NCBI GenBank assembly: GCA_951406725.2
Contig: OX597823.1
Span: 56,668,001-56,732,000, forward strand
DNA from: Octopus vulgaris
Taxonomy: Eukaryota
Reading direction: 5' to 3'
Length of the DNA stretch: 64,000 nucleotides
The position numbers were made by a program, and so were the translations under genes. This document shows positions 27,894 to 43,880 of this stretch, piece by piece (positions within the stretch are counted from its first letter, which is position 1; each line of letters starts with the position of its first letter). The notes beneath the pieces were generated by a model. That model searched no databases. It was not told the DNA's origin and saw nothing but the letters and a program-made list of their open reading frames with translations.

Positions 27894-28275
27894 GGGAAGC
27901 ACTCCGTCGGTTACGACGACGAGGGTTCCGGTTGATCCGATCAACGGAACAGCCTGCTCGTGAAATTAACGTACAAGTGACTGAGCACTCCACAGACACG
28001 TGTACATTTAACGTAGTTCTCGGGGATATTCAGCGTGACACAGAGAGTGACAAGGCCGGCCCTTTGAAATACAGGTACAACAGAAACAGGAAGTAAGAGT
28101 GAGAGAAAGTTGTGGTGAAAGAGTACAGCAGGGATCACCACCATCCCTGCCGGAGCCTCGTGGAGCTTTAGGTATTTTCGCTCAATAAACACTCACAACG
28201 CCCGGTCTGGAAATCGAAACCGCGATCCTACAACCGCGAGTCCGCTGCCCTAACCACTGGGCCATTGCGCCTCCT
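27894..28275 (-). mobile_element. tRNA-derived SINE family D, full length, with 12-bp TSD
   Basis: Sense GGAGGCGCAA-TGGCCCAGTGG ... GGTTTCGATTTCC; the 3' half is shared with SINE B. TSD acaa(a/g)acgtctt at 27882-27893 and 28276-28287. Partial copies at 42036-42220 and 63966-64000. Confidence 0.9.
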
Positions 28276-28725
28276 ACAAGACGTCTTATATATATTATGT
28301 CATGAGAATTCTGCATGCATGCATGTATTTATGTATGTTTGTGTATGTTTGTGTATGTTTGTGTTTGTGAGTGTGTGTGTACGTACTCGAGTATATATGC
28401 ATATATGCATATATGTATGCATGCATATATGTATGTCTGTGTATTTGAATGAATGAACATTTGTTTGTGTATTTATCCAGTTTCTCAATCTACCAAACAA
28501 TATATGTATTTAGGTATGTATCTACCTTTCAAGCATTCGATCGATTTATGCATGTATGCATGTAAATATGCATCTATGTAAACATGTAAATATGCATGTA
28601 TATATGTATTCAGTCTATCTGACAGTCTATCTATATAAACCTATTGCACTATATGTCTACACAAGTATCTCTCGATCGATCAATCGATTTGTGAATGAAT
28701 GTAATTACATAGATCTATATATGCG

Positions 28726-28801
<76 letters not shown>

Positions 28802-28802
28802 C

Positions 28803-28861
<59 letters not shown>

Positions 28862-28862
28862 C

Positions 28863-28925
<63 letters not shown>

Positions 28926-29044
28926 AAGATGTCATGTTTTATGCTTTTATGCTATATCTTGCATGAGGTATGTAACAATAAACAGTCGAATTTAAGATGT
29001 AAATTCACACTCATTATTACACCATCATATATATATATATGTAA

Positions 29045-29085
<41 letters not shown>

Positions 29086-30042
29086 AATATATAAATATAT
29101 GCACAGTATGTATGCATGTATATATGTATACATACATACGTACATACATACATATATCTATATATATATTTATATGCATATTTCCAAAAATATGTATATG
29201 TCTTTGAATGTATTTACATTTGTTTGTATATATATACATATATATTATATATATGTATGTGTGCATATATATAAAGCATTAGGTTTTATTATCTAGTGTG
29301 CTTTTTCTTTGTCGTCAACTTTTAAATCACATACCAAAATAGTCGTACCTTTTTAACATAGCTAATCAATCTTCAGATTTTACGTTTTGCGTTTCTCACC
29401 TATATGAAAATATTAATTTTTTTTTGCTAATGTTTATCTGGAACTTCAAAACTCACGCTTTTTTTAAAGAAAAAGATATAAATAAAATAGTATGTAAAAC
29501 AAACTACTGAAAGGACAATTGTAGGTGATATTTCGTTAATCCCTATTAGGAATATTAGAACATTTAATGTGAGAGAACTTTTGAACAAAGAATATCTTTT
29601 CCCCACCTTTATAGTTTATTTTAATACCTGATACATTAAATGGTTTTGACAAATATAATGTAACAATGATAATAAAAATCCTTTCTACTATAGGCTCAAT
29701 GTTTGAAATTTTGGGGAGGGGGCCAGTCGATTATATTGATCCCGGTTCTTGATTAGTATTTATTTTATCGATTCCGAAATGATGAAAAGTAAAGACGACC
29801 GCAGCAGGATTTGAACTCACAACATAATGAACCGGAAGAAATACTGCAAATCATTATTGTCCGACGACTTATGATTCTGTTAGCTCACCACCTTAATAAT
29901 AATACTAATAATCCTTTCTACTATTTATTTTGTCGATGAAAGGCGAAGTTGACTTCGGCGGCATTTGAACTCTGAAAGTAAAGAAGACGAAGAGATACTG
30001 CTATGCATTTTGTCCGGCACAATAATAATGATGATGATAATG

Positions 30043-30119
<77 letters not shown>

Positions 30120-30170
30120 AACAATAACAACAACAACAACAACAACAATAACAATAACAATAACAATAAC

Positions 30171-30229
<59 letters not shown>

Positions 30230-30232
<3 letters not shown>

Positions 30233-31031
30233 CAAGAAACTACCAGGCCAACATATTAAAGAACAGCAGTAGCCCAACATGTCGTGTATGCCAACAACAC
30301 AATGAAACCATTGATCTTGTTGTCTCCAAATGCAGTCTTCTAGCGCCTACAGAGTACCTCAACAGGCATGATAGAACTGCACAATATATTCACTGGGTGA
30401 TTTGCAAAAACCTCGATTTGCCCCATGAAAAGAACTGGTGGGAACACAATCCACCTCCAGTGCTTGAAAATGACCACATCTCACTCCTCTGGAACTTCAC
30501 CATTCAAACTGACAGAAAGATAGATGCAAATAGGCCAGACATCATATTGAAAGACTTCAGACAAAGAACATGCCTCCTCATTGATATAACTGTCCAAATC
30601 GATATAAACGTATCTGTCAAGACCTACCAAAAACTGAGCAAATATAAAGATCTTGAAATAGAAATCAGCAAAATGTGGAAGCTGAAGACTAAAACAATAC
30701 CTGTTGTCATAGGTGCCCTGGGAATGATAGCGAAAGGGACTGATTGCTACCTAACTCAGATACCAGGAAACCCCAAAATGGCAGAAATTCAAAAGATAGT
30801 GCTCATGGGAACTGCTCATATCCTACGCAAAATACTCTCTATGTAATCCCAAGGTTTAAAACAAACTTTTTAAAAAAAATCTATGTATTAGACATTCACT
30901 AGTACAACATCCCCACCCAAATATATGGCACACTAGGCATAACAACAACGTGAACTTCCAACCTGTTGTCTCTTGAGGTCTCTGGGTGAGACTTGGAGCC
31001 AACTTGTACAGACATAAAGCAAAAGTCAAAC

Positions 31032-31033
<2 letters not shown>
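30230..31033 (+). mobile_element. R4/Dong-clade non-LTR retrotransposon, 5'-truncated, inserted in (TAA)n
   Basis: CRVC..ETIDLVVSKC (CCHC finger, H lost), YLNRHD, RPDII...LIDIT..KLSKYKDL..PVVIGALG (PD-D/ExK restriction-like endonuclease). Stop at 30846, then a 3' UTR; (AAT/AAC)n on both sides. Confidence 0.92.
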
Positions 31034-31106
<73 letters not shown>

Positions 31107-31123
31107 TGATGATGATAATAATG

Positions 31124-31203
<80 letters not shown>

Positions 31204-31206
31204 TAC

Positions 31207-31586
31207 GCCCTGATGCAGTACCAGGCAGTGGTTCTCGTGGCTTCTGATCGTAACTGATTGGAAGTGTTATCATGTACATTGTTTTGTCTTGGTATAAAAG
31301 ATGGGCTACAGCAAATATTCTGCTCAATGCCACAGATTTGCTTGTCCGTTGTTTGACCTTAACCAATTGAGCATGTCCCTTAGTGGCTGACGATATGTGC
31401 ATCACTGATCACGAGCAGAAGTAGTGGGGGAGCATTATAGCCATGTGTTGAGAGGGATTCTTTGGGGTTTGAATAATTCACCTCTGGAAACAGGTGCGTT
31501 TCGTTCAACATCCTTAAACAACCCTTATTCAGGAACCTTTTGAGCAGGATGGGTTGCTCGACCAGAAGAAAATTCTAACTGGGCCC
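31207..31586 (+). mobile_element. Non-coding TAA-associated repeat, 3'-truncated copy
   Basis: Closely matches 32665-33045 and starts at the same position (gccctgatgcagtaccaggcagtgg) directly after (TAA)n. Confidence 0.8.
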
Positions 31587-32285
31587 CTGCTAAGAACAGC
31601 CTACATCCTACGCAAGACACTATCATTCCAATGATACAACCTAAACAAAACAACCCATACTATAAACAGCATTTACCCAGGGAAATAAATTCCCATCAGT
31701 AAGCTAGAAAACCAAAGCATTACACAATACAAGCAGTAACACAACAAAAGACAGCACTACACCCCAAAGAAAAAAAAAATTAACACAATACAATACCGGG
31801 AAGATTTCGCACACTCTCAACAGCAGAAAAGAACTCACAATGCTGCACGCTCCCCAGCAACATAGAGGTATAGCTGGTGATGTAGTATGAGCAAAAAATA
31901 GAAGCTATATCTAGATCCTCACAGTACACACTATCCCCCCCAAAAAATAGCCCTGTTAGGAACAGCCTACATCCTACGCAAGACACTATCAATTCAATGA
32001 TACTACCTCACCAAAATAACCCACAAACACAAGACACACTCTATACACCAATTACTAAGTGAAATAAACTTCTACCAGCAATCCAAATAACCAACGCATT
32101 ACACACTTAGCAGACAATACAAGCAGTAATACAACAAAAGACTGCACCACACCTGAAGAGAACCCCCTCCCCCAAAAGCTAACACAATATAATACTGGGA
32201 AGAGTTTGCACTTTCCCAACAACAGAAAATAATACACTACTGTACACACTCCAGCAACACGGAGGTGTAGCAGGTGATGCAGTTG
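31587..32285 (+). mobile_element. Two tandem, diverged Dong 3' ends (last codons plus 3' UTR)
   Basis: LLRTAYILRKTLSFQ* (about 31587) and KIALLGTAYILRKTLSIQ* (about 31943), each followed by a homologous A/C-rich UTR of about 300 bp. Confidence 0.8.
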
Positions 32286-32591
32286 AAATTTGCCTTAAAG
32301 TACCAAATGTCGAAAATTATATAATAATTATAATAATCCTTTCTACTAATAGCACAAGGCCCGAAATTTTTGGGGAGGGCACTATTCGATTCTATCGATC
32401 CCAGTGCGTAACTTATACTTAATTAATCGACCCTAAAGGAATGAAAAGTAAAGTCGACCTCAGCGGAATTTGAACTCAGAATGTAAAGACGGAATGATAA
32501 TAATAATAATAATAATAAAATTAATAATAGTAATAATAATAATAATGATAATAATAATAATAATAATAATAACAACAACAACAACAACAAC

Positions 32592-32664
<73 letters not shown>

Positions 32665-33218
32665 GCCCTGATGCAGTACCAGGCAGTGGCTCTCATGGCT
32701 TCTGATCTTAACTGATTGGAAGTGTTATCATGTACATTGTTTTGTCTTGGTATAAAAGATGGGCTACAGCAAATATTCTGCTCAATACCACAGATTTGCT
32801 TGTCAGTTGTTTGACCTTAACCAGTTGAGCATGTCCCTTGGTGGCTGACGATATGTGCATCTCTGATCACGAGCAGAAGTAGTGGGGGAGCATCATAGCC
32901 ATGTGTTGAGAGGGATTCTTTGGGGTTTGAATAGTTCACCTCTGGAAACATGGGTGGTTCTTTCAACATCCTTAAACAACCCTTATTCAGGGACCTTTTG
33001 AGCGGGATGGGCTACTCAACATGAAGAAAATTCTAACTGGGCCCCACCTGCAAGGTCATGTGCTGTTTATCTTGATATGAGATCACCATGTCGCGCACAT
33101 ATGGTTGTGATGCATGTGCCTGGTGTACCTTTATCAGACGGGTAGTCATGATGGGTATATTGGGTTTCGTATATTTTACCCCAGTGTCACTTTGATGGCA
33201 TGAACTGCTCTCTCACTC
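32665..33218 (+). mobile_element. Non-coding ~555-bp TAA-associated repeat, apparently complete copy
   Basis: Flanked on both sides by (TAA)n. No long ORF and no recognisable tRNA head; second copy at 31207. Confidence 0.8.
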
Positions 33219-34216
<998 letters not shown>

Positions 34217-34414
34217 GTAATGATAAAATAATAATTTTTTACGTTAAATACTTTTAATACAGTAAAAATAAGAGCATCACAACAAACCACAAAACATATC
34301 CAAGGCACGCAGATCTGCGCTTGGTAGTGCAGTGAAAGCACGTGATAAAAATAAGACTACTGACTTATAATAATAACAACAACAACAACAACAATAATAA
34401 TGATATTAATTATG

Positions 34415-34479
<65 letters not shown>

Positions 34480-34509
34480 AAACAAAAAACAACAATAATA
34501 ATAAAACTT

Positions 34510-34665
34510 GGTTAGTATATGCAGTGGATCATGTGCTGTATGTTTAAACTCACATTTGAGAAAGAACTGGTGGAAACGTAAGCCTGCCAAGTAGCAGCGA
34601 AAAAAAAAAAGACGTAAACGTTCTTTGGGACTTGTGTATTCAAGCTGATCGATCTATTCAGAGCT
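34510..34665 (+). mobile_element. Old R4/Dong internal relic
   Basis: YMQWIMCCMFKLTF..KNWWKRKP...VLWDLCIQADRSI aligns with YIHWVICKNLDLPHEKNWWEHNP...LLWNFTIQTDRKI of the 30230 copy. Confidence 0.65.
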
Positions 34666-34837
34666 TGTTACACGAAAGAGATATTCTCACAATTAACCGC
34701 ACTCGTAGAAGGTCAGTGACTCACATCGAGAAATTGGTTTCTATTCTTGCTTTTTCTCTAAGCATAAACGTTACTCGCAAGCGAGTATGAGTTGGTAGAA
34801 TGTGTTCCCAGCTTAAGCTAATTGTTTTAGGTGGCTA

Positions 34838-35068
34838 TGGCGAGCTGGCAGAAACGTTAGCACGCCGGGCGAAATGCTTAGCGGTATTTAGTCTGCCGCT
34901 ATGTTCTGAGTTCAAATTCCACCCAGGTCGACTTTGCCTTTCATCCTTTCGAGGTCGATAAATTAAGTACCAGTTACGCACTGGTGTCGATATAAGCGAC
35001 TTAATCCGTTTGTCAGTCCTTGTTTGTCCCCTCTATGTTTAGCCCCTTGTGGGTAGTAAAGAAATATA
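34838..35068 (+). mobile_element. SINE family C, tail type 1
   Basis: Full head, body and tail match to the other SINE C copies. Confidence 0.9.
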
Positions 35069-35887
35069 TTTAGTCGCGAATAGACAGATACACTTTCAGT
35101 CCTTCTATCGCTGATCGAGCGGAATATCGAGGATGTAACAATTGGAGAGAGAGAGAGAGAAGGGGGGAGAGGGGGAGAGAGAGAGAGAACGCCTGGTTCG
35201 TATACAATTTGTTGCTGAATAAACTGGTGCAACGTGGAAAAAGTGCCTTGCTCAAGAAAACAATGTGTCACTCGGTCCAGGAATCGAAACCGCGACCTTA
35301 TCATTGTGAGCGCAACTTCATAACCACTAGGCCTCTCGCCCACTGGGGATGCGCCTTCAGTTTGTTATCTGCTCTTTTGTATATCATGTACAGAACTATA
35401 ACTATAGGCGCAGGCATGACTTTAGGGTGAAGGCTCTCTCTTTCCAGTCACGTTGCTTCGGGTTCAATCCCACAGTAAATATCTTCTATAACTTCGGCCG
35501 ACCAGTGCCTTATGAGTGACATTGGAATTCCGCAGTATATAAATATGTGTATGTGTGTATATATGTATGTATGTATATATGTATGTATGTGAATGTGTAT
35601 GTATGTATGTATGTGTGTTTGTATGTTTGTAGGTGTATGTTTTTCTGCTTGTGTTGGATCCGACCACCACTAGACAACCGATGTTAGTTTGTTTACGAAC
35701 TCGTAACTTAACTGTTCGACAAATGAGACCGATAAAATACGTAGTGGGGGAGGTCGATTCTCCAATGTGGTGCTCCAGCATGGCTGCGGTTCAATGACCA
35801 AAACAAGTGAAAAAAAAGGAACGATAAAAGAGAGCGAAAATTTCCCAAATTCTTTATAAATTTCAAATAAATTAGATATTTCATACC

Positions 35888-36120
35888 TATTTTTTACTAC
35901 CCACAAGGGGCTGAACACAGAGGGGACAAACAAGGACAGACAAACAAATTAAGTCGATTATATCGACCCCAGTGCTTAACTGGTACTTATTTAATCGACC
36001 CCGAAAGGATGAAAGGCAAAGTCGACATCGGCGGAATTTGAACTTAGAACGTAGTGGCAGACGAAATACCGCTAAGCATTTCGCCCGGCGTGCTAACGTT
36101 TCTGCCAGCTCGCCGCCTTT
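35888..36120 (-). mobile_element. SINE family C, tail type 1, with 20-bp TSD
   Basis: TSD taaattagatatttcatacc at 35868-35887 and 36121-36140. Confidence 0.92.
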
Positions 36121-36599
36121 TAAATTAGATATTTCATACCATAGTGAAATGGATTCTTCTACGTTTTTCTCTTGATTTGTAACTAAAGAAGTGGGGAGAT
36201 GATGTTTCCTATAAATTTCGACAGAATGTTGTACAAGGAGTATCAAAATTCTCAACGGAGAATGTAATCCGAACTTCAAGCATTCTATTTGAAAAATCGA
36301 CACCATCTTAGTCTATCGGTCACAACGACTCATCTCACAATTTGTCTGTAATCACAATTTTCTGTTTGTAATTATCATTCAATGCGCATCGCGTTTTCAT
36401 CGTAGCAGACTTTTAAAAATTCTTTTATTACTTTTTGTCTTGTTTGTTTTTCATTTTGTTTAATTTTGTTTTTTGTTTTTATAAAGCATGTGACTGAAAT
36501 TAAATGAAACAGTCAGCAGATTAGGTGATCTGAGCAGGTGAAATAAAATTTAATAGACCGCTGAATCATCACCAGACATACATAGACAAGCAAACGATG

Positions 36600-36642
<43 letters not shown>

Positions 36643-36693
36643 TGATGATGATAATAATAATAATAATAATAATAATGATGATGATGATGATGA

Positions 36694-36760
<67 letters not shown>

Positions 36761-36856
36761 GCAAAATAGTAATAATAATAATAAAAATAGTAATAAGAGT
36801 TTGTCACCTAATAATGATATAGTAATAACAACAGAAATAATAATAATAATAATAAT

Positions 36857-36918
<62 letters not shown>

Positions 36919-37132
36919 TGATGATGATGATGACGATGATAGCAGTAGTAAAAATACCAGTTTTTAATAATAGCGATAATAATGATAAGAATATAAAATA
37001 ATAATTATAGATGTAATTGTGGCTATAATAATAAAATAATGTAGTAGTTGTAGTGGTAATGGCGGTAGTTTTAGTATTAATATTAGCAAAAGCGGTAGTA
37101 ATAGTAATAATGTTAACTATGATGTAGATGAC

Positions 37133-37183
<51 letters not shown>

Positions 37184-37389
37184 AATAATAATAATGAACA
37201 GAAATAATAATAGAGATGAATGATAATGTTAAATAATAATGAAGTCACAGTTCTGTACGTGTCCATGGTAAGCATATATTTGATGCCTTCTAAACCGACA
37301 TCAATGACGGCAGATATTTAATGGAGACAATAAATTTAGACGACTTCCTGTTTTAATTTCTGTTGATGTTTCCTTTCCTTTCTTTTTTC

Positions 37390-37442
<53 letters not shown>

Positions 37443-38296
37443 GCGTTTTTCTAAGAACGTAATTTAAAATTCATGGAAAACGATGAAAGAAATATAATAG
37501 ATATAAATGCTTGTGATGATAAAAATAAAATTTCTTTACTTTTTTTGGTTTAATTTCATGTAAACTTTTTTTAATTTATAGATTTGCTCAATAGAATATC
37601 ATACTAGGTTTTCATATTTATTCTGGCTATCTCTTATGTGTAAGTTAGTATCGGGGTTTTTTTTTAAGTGGTCACAAGGACATTTTTGTTCTTTTCGTTA
37701 TATTTTGCTTTATTTTTATTTTATTTTATTTTGAGCGTCGGTTCGCTGGTTGGTTGGTTGACTTGCTGGTTGGTTGGCTGGTTGGTTCGTTTCATTGATT
37801 GATCGATCGATTCATTGGTTAATATAACAGCAGGAACATCAATATAAAAACAAAACAAAACAAAAAAAAAACCCAGAACCACTACCACCTTCATCCTCAT
37901 CCTTAACAACAAAGCAAGATAAAAAAAAAACAAACAAAAAACAACACAAAAACAATAAAACAAAACTCCTAACGGTTTACTAGATATGCAAATTCGTGTG
38001 TGACACTCTTTAGTGAAACGTAAGTGTATCTATGTGACAACGTGAATAGTATTCGTTCTTGTTTATTTAATAAATAAAAAAAAAGACTGTATTTGTTTTA
38101 TGGTTTTTGATTTACACACACACATATTCACCTACAGAAATAAACACGCAAAAGTACAGATATTTGCATATATATAATTTGAAAAAAAAAAGCAATAAAA
38201 CCCCAGCAAAAATAACAGCGCATGTTTTGAAATGAATATGAGGGAGAACAAACACTCTAACAAACAAACAATTGTATATATAATATATAATATATA

Positions 38297-38337
<41 letters not shown>

Positions 38338-38350
38338 TTATATATATATG

Positions 38351-38386
<36 letters not shown>

Positions 38387-38740
38387 TACATACACATAAC
38401 ATATATATATATACACACTTACACATATTAACATACACAAGTATGTTCACACACATATACGAATAAAGACTAACGCGCACACACACATACACACACGAAC
38501 GACTCACATAATATGTGTATAAACTCATATTCAATCGTAAAGACATACGCGCATATAAGGTTATAAAGCACAAGCTAATATACAGTTACATAGTCACACA
38601 CACATACTAATACTCACATACACGTACAATATATATGTACACCCAAACATACATACATATATGTGTATATATGTATATATAGGCTATAATAATACTTACA
38701 TATATGTATATATATATATATACATACATATAACAATATA

Positions 38741-38821
<81 letters not shown>

Positions 38822-38987
38822 TGTATGTATGTATACATCTCTCTCTTGCTATATACATATATCTATATCTACATATATATATAAAAGAAGAGAGAGAGAT
38901 GTATATATCTACATACATATACACATAATTATTTATATATATATATATATATATGTACACGGATCTATCTATCTATCTATCTATCTA

Positions 38988-39031
<44 letters not shown>

Positions 39032-39228
39032 AATTATATTAAAGTTAGGAAATTATGAAAGGCATGAAACAGCAGAAGAATGGCTAAAGTTTTGCTGAAA
39101 GAAGAAACCGTACTGCACTCAACCTATATGGTTCAAAGGAGTTTAAAACCTAATACTTCACAGGGAGACAGGACCAAGAGGTAACAGAGTAAGTAATAAT
39201 ATAGAAATACTATGTACAATACATACAT

Positions 39229-39322
<94 letters not shown>

Positions 39323-39918
39323 CAGAGAATGAAAACGCTAAAGAGAAAAAGAGACAGATAGAAAGAAGGACGAGGGAGTAAAGCAAGCAAGCAGTCTTGC
39401 CTATAGTTCAGTTGTTCAGTTCAGTTAGTCAACATTAATTCAAAGATCGTGGTACAATATTAGCTAAAGGGCGAGGAATGATAGTTAAGATGCATTAACC
39501 TGTCTGAAGAACTGATTCAAATTGGATAGCAGCAACATCAATACATTGCCATACCGTCTCTTTCCCTCCTCTCCCTCTCTTTCTCACCCTCTCCCCTTCA
39601 ACTCCTAACTCTCCCTGTGCTTCTCTCTCTCTCTCTTTCTCGCTCGCTCTTTCTCATTATCCTTCTCTCTCACTTATCACAACTAACAATTTTTACAGTT
39701 TTTCGTTCTACAGATTTCAAATGAATATGTCATTGCATGGTGCGTCGTTGTATGGTTGTGTGTTGTTTTGAGTCTTGTGAAAGTGTCTTTCTTTGCATGC
39801 GTATATGCGTGTGTACAAGTTTAGGAAATTATTTTCGTATATATGTATGCGTGTGTTCCATGAAATTAGGTTTGCATGTTAGTATACATACATACATACA
39901 TACTTACATATATATGTG

Positions 39919-39979
<61 letters not shown>

Positions 39980-40098
39980 CATGAAGTATTTTGGCCAGAG
40001 ATCTATTATATATATATATATATATATATATACATACATACATACATATACACATACATATATATGTGTATATATATATATATATACAAACATATATG

Positions 40099-40136
<38 letters not shown>

Positions 40137-40139
40137 AAC

Positions 40140-40179
<40 letters not shown>

Positions 40180-40207
40180 CGTGAAGTATTTTGGCCAGAG
40201 ATTTATC

Positions 40208-40292
<85 letters not shown>

Positions 40293-40949
40293 TGCGTGCG
40301 TATTCTATGAATGTGCGTTTGCACGTGCGTGTATATGAGCAATACTTGTCTTTGTAATTGCTTACATATATGTGCGTGTGCATGTATAATGATTTTCGGG
40401 AAAAGTGTATTTGCATATACGTATGTGTGTGAGTGTGTGCGTGTGATTGTGTGTGCGTGCGTTTGATTTCTGTGAGAGTATCTTTGGATCAGTAATATGC
40501 TTAAATGTGCAAGTGTTTGTACGCGCGCGTGTGTGTATCTTTGGAAGTATTTCTGTATAATTAACTTATGTATGGTGCTGGTGTGTGTATGTGTGTATGT
40601 GTGCATGTGTGTATGTGTGGGTGTATGTGTGTGGGTGTTGTCTATGGAAACATATCCGCATGTGGGCGTGCATATGTATGCATATGTACGTATACAAAAT
40701 GTCAATACAAGTACGTATGAATGAACGCATGTGTGCGTTTGTGTATGTACGTGTATGTAAGTGCATGTGTATGCGAGTGTGTATTTGTGTATGTGTGTGT
40801 GCATGATTGCTATGGAAGTATATCTGCATGTGTGCGCGGAGTGTGTTTGCTTGTGAGTATGTTTATATGTGTATACACTTGATTTCTCTAAAGTATTTAT
40901 GCATGTACATTCGCCTGTATGCATATATATATACGCATGTATATATATG

Positions 40950-40983
<34 letters not shown>

Positions 40984-41919
40984 CATGTATATACATATAT
41001 ATATACATACATGTATATGTATATGTATATATATATACATATATACATGTATGCATATATATATGTATGTATGTATGTATGTATGCATGTATGTATGTAT
41101 GTATGTATGTATATGTATATATATGCGCGTGGTATCTTTGAGAGTATATTTACATATGTTCATTTAACCATCTCCGTTGACGTTCTGAGTTCAAATTCAT
41201 ACAAAGTTGGCTTCGCTTTCCTTTCGACTGGGCTCGAGAATATAAAGAACCAATCAAGAACCGTTTCATAAAGTGGATTTCCTGAAAAGAATTGTATGGC
41301 TCGAAGATAAACGGGGTTTTTTTTAATAATTTTGCATTCAAATACTTATGATATATAAAATATATATATTCACTAGCTTAGCTTTTACTTGTTTCAGTCT
41401 TTAGACTAAGGCCATGCTGGGACACCGCCTTGAAGAATTTTATTTTTTCTAAAGCTTGGTACTTATTCTGTCGGTCTCTTTTGCCGAAGCACTAAGTTAC
41501 AGAAACGTAAATGCACTAGCACCGGTTGTCAAACGGTGGGTGGGGGAAAAACACACATGGATGGATGAATCGATGGATGGTTGGATGGATGGATGGATGG
41601 ATGGATGGATGGATGGATTGATGAAAGGATGGCTGGCAGAGCTGGTACAACTATAGCAATACATATCATCTGAAACTCGGTTGGTAATTTCTTTTATCAA
41701 TCCCGAAAGAATGAAAAGTAGAGCTGACCTCGGCAAGATTTTGCGCGTTGTATGGGTATATGCACTGGTATGGAATTTGTCCGAAGACAGCTTGGTTGCA
41801 AAGTGAACACTCAACCATTACAGTCTTGTCTGAAACCAAAGAAGGAACTACGATTAAGAACTCTCCAACAGCAGTACGATCAGCAACATCGGAACTTAGA
41901 GCAGCGGTAGCAAACTCTT

Positions 41920-42003
<84 letters not shown>

Positions 42004-42942
42004 TAGTAGTAGTAGTAGCAGCAGCACCAGTAAGTGGAGGCGCAATGGCCCAGTGGTTAGGGCAGCGGACTCGCGATCGTAAGAACGCGTTTTCGATTCC
42101 CAGACCAGGCATTGTGAGTGCTTATTGAGCAAATCACCTAAGCTCCACGAGACTCCGGCTGGGAGTGGTGGTGAACCCTACTGTACTCTTTCACCACAAC
42201 TTTCTCTCACTCTTTCTTTCTACTTTTGCCACAAATCAGAGGAGCTATGGTGTAACCCACTATGGTATGGTAAACTTTCAGATCCCAGTCTAGATTGCGA
42301 ATCCTCTGTACCCCCAGGATGGTTCAGCTCTCCACCCGTTAAAAGCCACCGTTTACGAAATGAGGATAACAACGTAGCTTTCGCGCTCGTGCAACCGCCA
42401 GACTATCGCGTGTGGTGGGTGGATCTTGAAGTTGCCACACGCATTCTTAGTAGCTTAGAGTAGGCTCGAATTAGAGGTTATTCTTTGTGACTAAACGTAT
42501 AGTTATATACATCCATATATGCACACATATGTATGCATGTATAAATGTATGCATGTATAAATATGTATATATGTATATGTTGATATTATGAATGTATTTG
42601 TGAAGAAGAAGAAGAAGAAGAAGAAGAAGAAGAAAAAGAAGACAGCAGCAGTAGCAGCCACATACATTGTGCGTGTGTATATGTGTGTGCGTGAGCGTGT
42701 GTGTACTGTGTGTAGTTAGTGTCTACATGTATGTATAGTTATATATATCACAAATGCGTTCATAGTACTTCATTCTTTCGCTGGTCACCTTCACTCAGAT
42801 TTCATACACATGCACACACACGTACATATACACTCTACCTCTATCACACATCCTCCATATATACGAGTATATATAAATGTTAGTTAATGTAAACCTATAA
42901 ATCTAGCTATCTACTGTCTGTGTATATATAAGTTTATGTATA

Positions 42943-42992
<50 letters not shown>

Positions 42993-43045
42993 TGTATATA
43001 TATATATGCATATACATATATACTTATATATGTATATATGTAAGC

Positions 43046-43117
<72 letters not shown>

Positions 43118-43170
43118 GTCTGTCTGTCCATATACACATATATACATATGTGAAAGCTTCTGAACCGATG

Positions 43171-43207
<37 letters not shown>

Positions 43208-43727
43208 TTATAGATGTGTATATACACATGTTCCTTATATAAAATACAATGCAATCACGCACCTAAGCATACGCGACCACACACGCACGCGCGCTCGAAC
43301 ATACACAAATACACACTCATGCACACACACGCATGGATATGCATACATATACACTCATAAACATGCACTCCCTGTCGTCTATTACTTACATCTGTCAGTT
43401 TACAAATATAAAAATATTTAAATACTAGCTTCTTTTTATGAGACTCGCTCCATATGCATATAGATATATACACATATACACGTATACACGTCCTATACCT
43501 ATATCTATATATATACATATATATATGTATGTATGTATGGTTTTGCGTGCGTGTGCGTGCGCGCGCGTGTATGGCTGCATAATTACATATATGCAAACAT
43601 ACATATGCATTTATGCGGTTATTTGCCGCATACTGCTAAACTTATCAGTAAATATTTGAGTGCGCTATACATAGACACAAAGACACATACTCACACATGT
43701 ACAGACACATACACACATACCCACACG

Positions 43728-43762
<35 letters not shown>

Positions 43763-43849
43763 CTTTTTTTAATGTGTGTGTATGTATATATATATATATA
43801 CATATATGATACATACATATATATATATATCATGCATACATACATACAT

Positions 43850-43880
<31 letters not shown>

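Noticed and set aside
39030-39110. Minus-strand acceptor giving a hydrophobic tail (KTLAILLLFHAFHNFLTLI*), GPI-signal-like
   Set aside because: T-rich DNA readily encodes hydrophobic residues, and there is no independent support.
39975-40210. Two copies of gaagtattttggccagagat within (TA)n
   Set aside because: Explained by a local ~200-bp slippage duplication.
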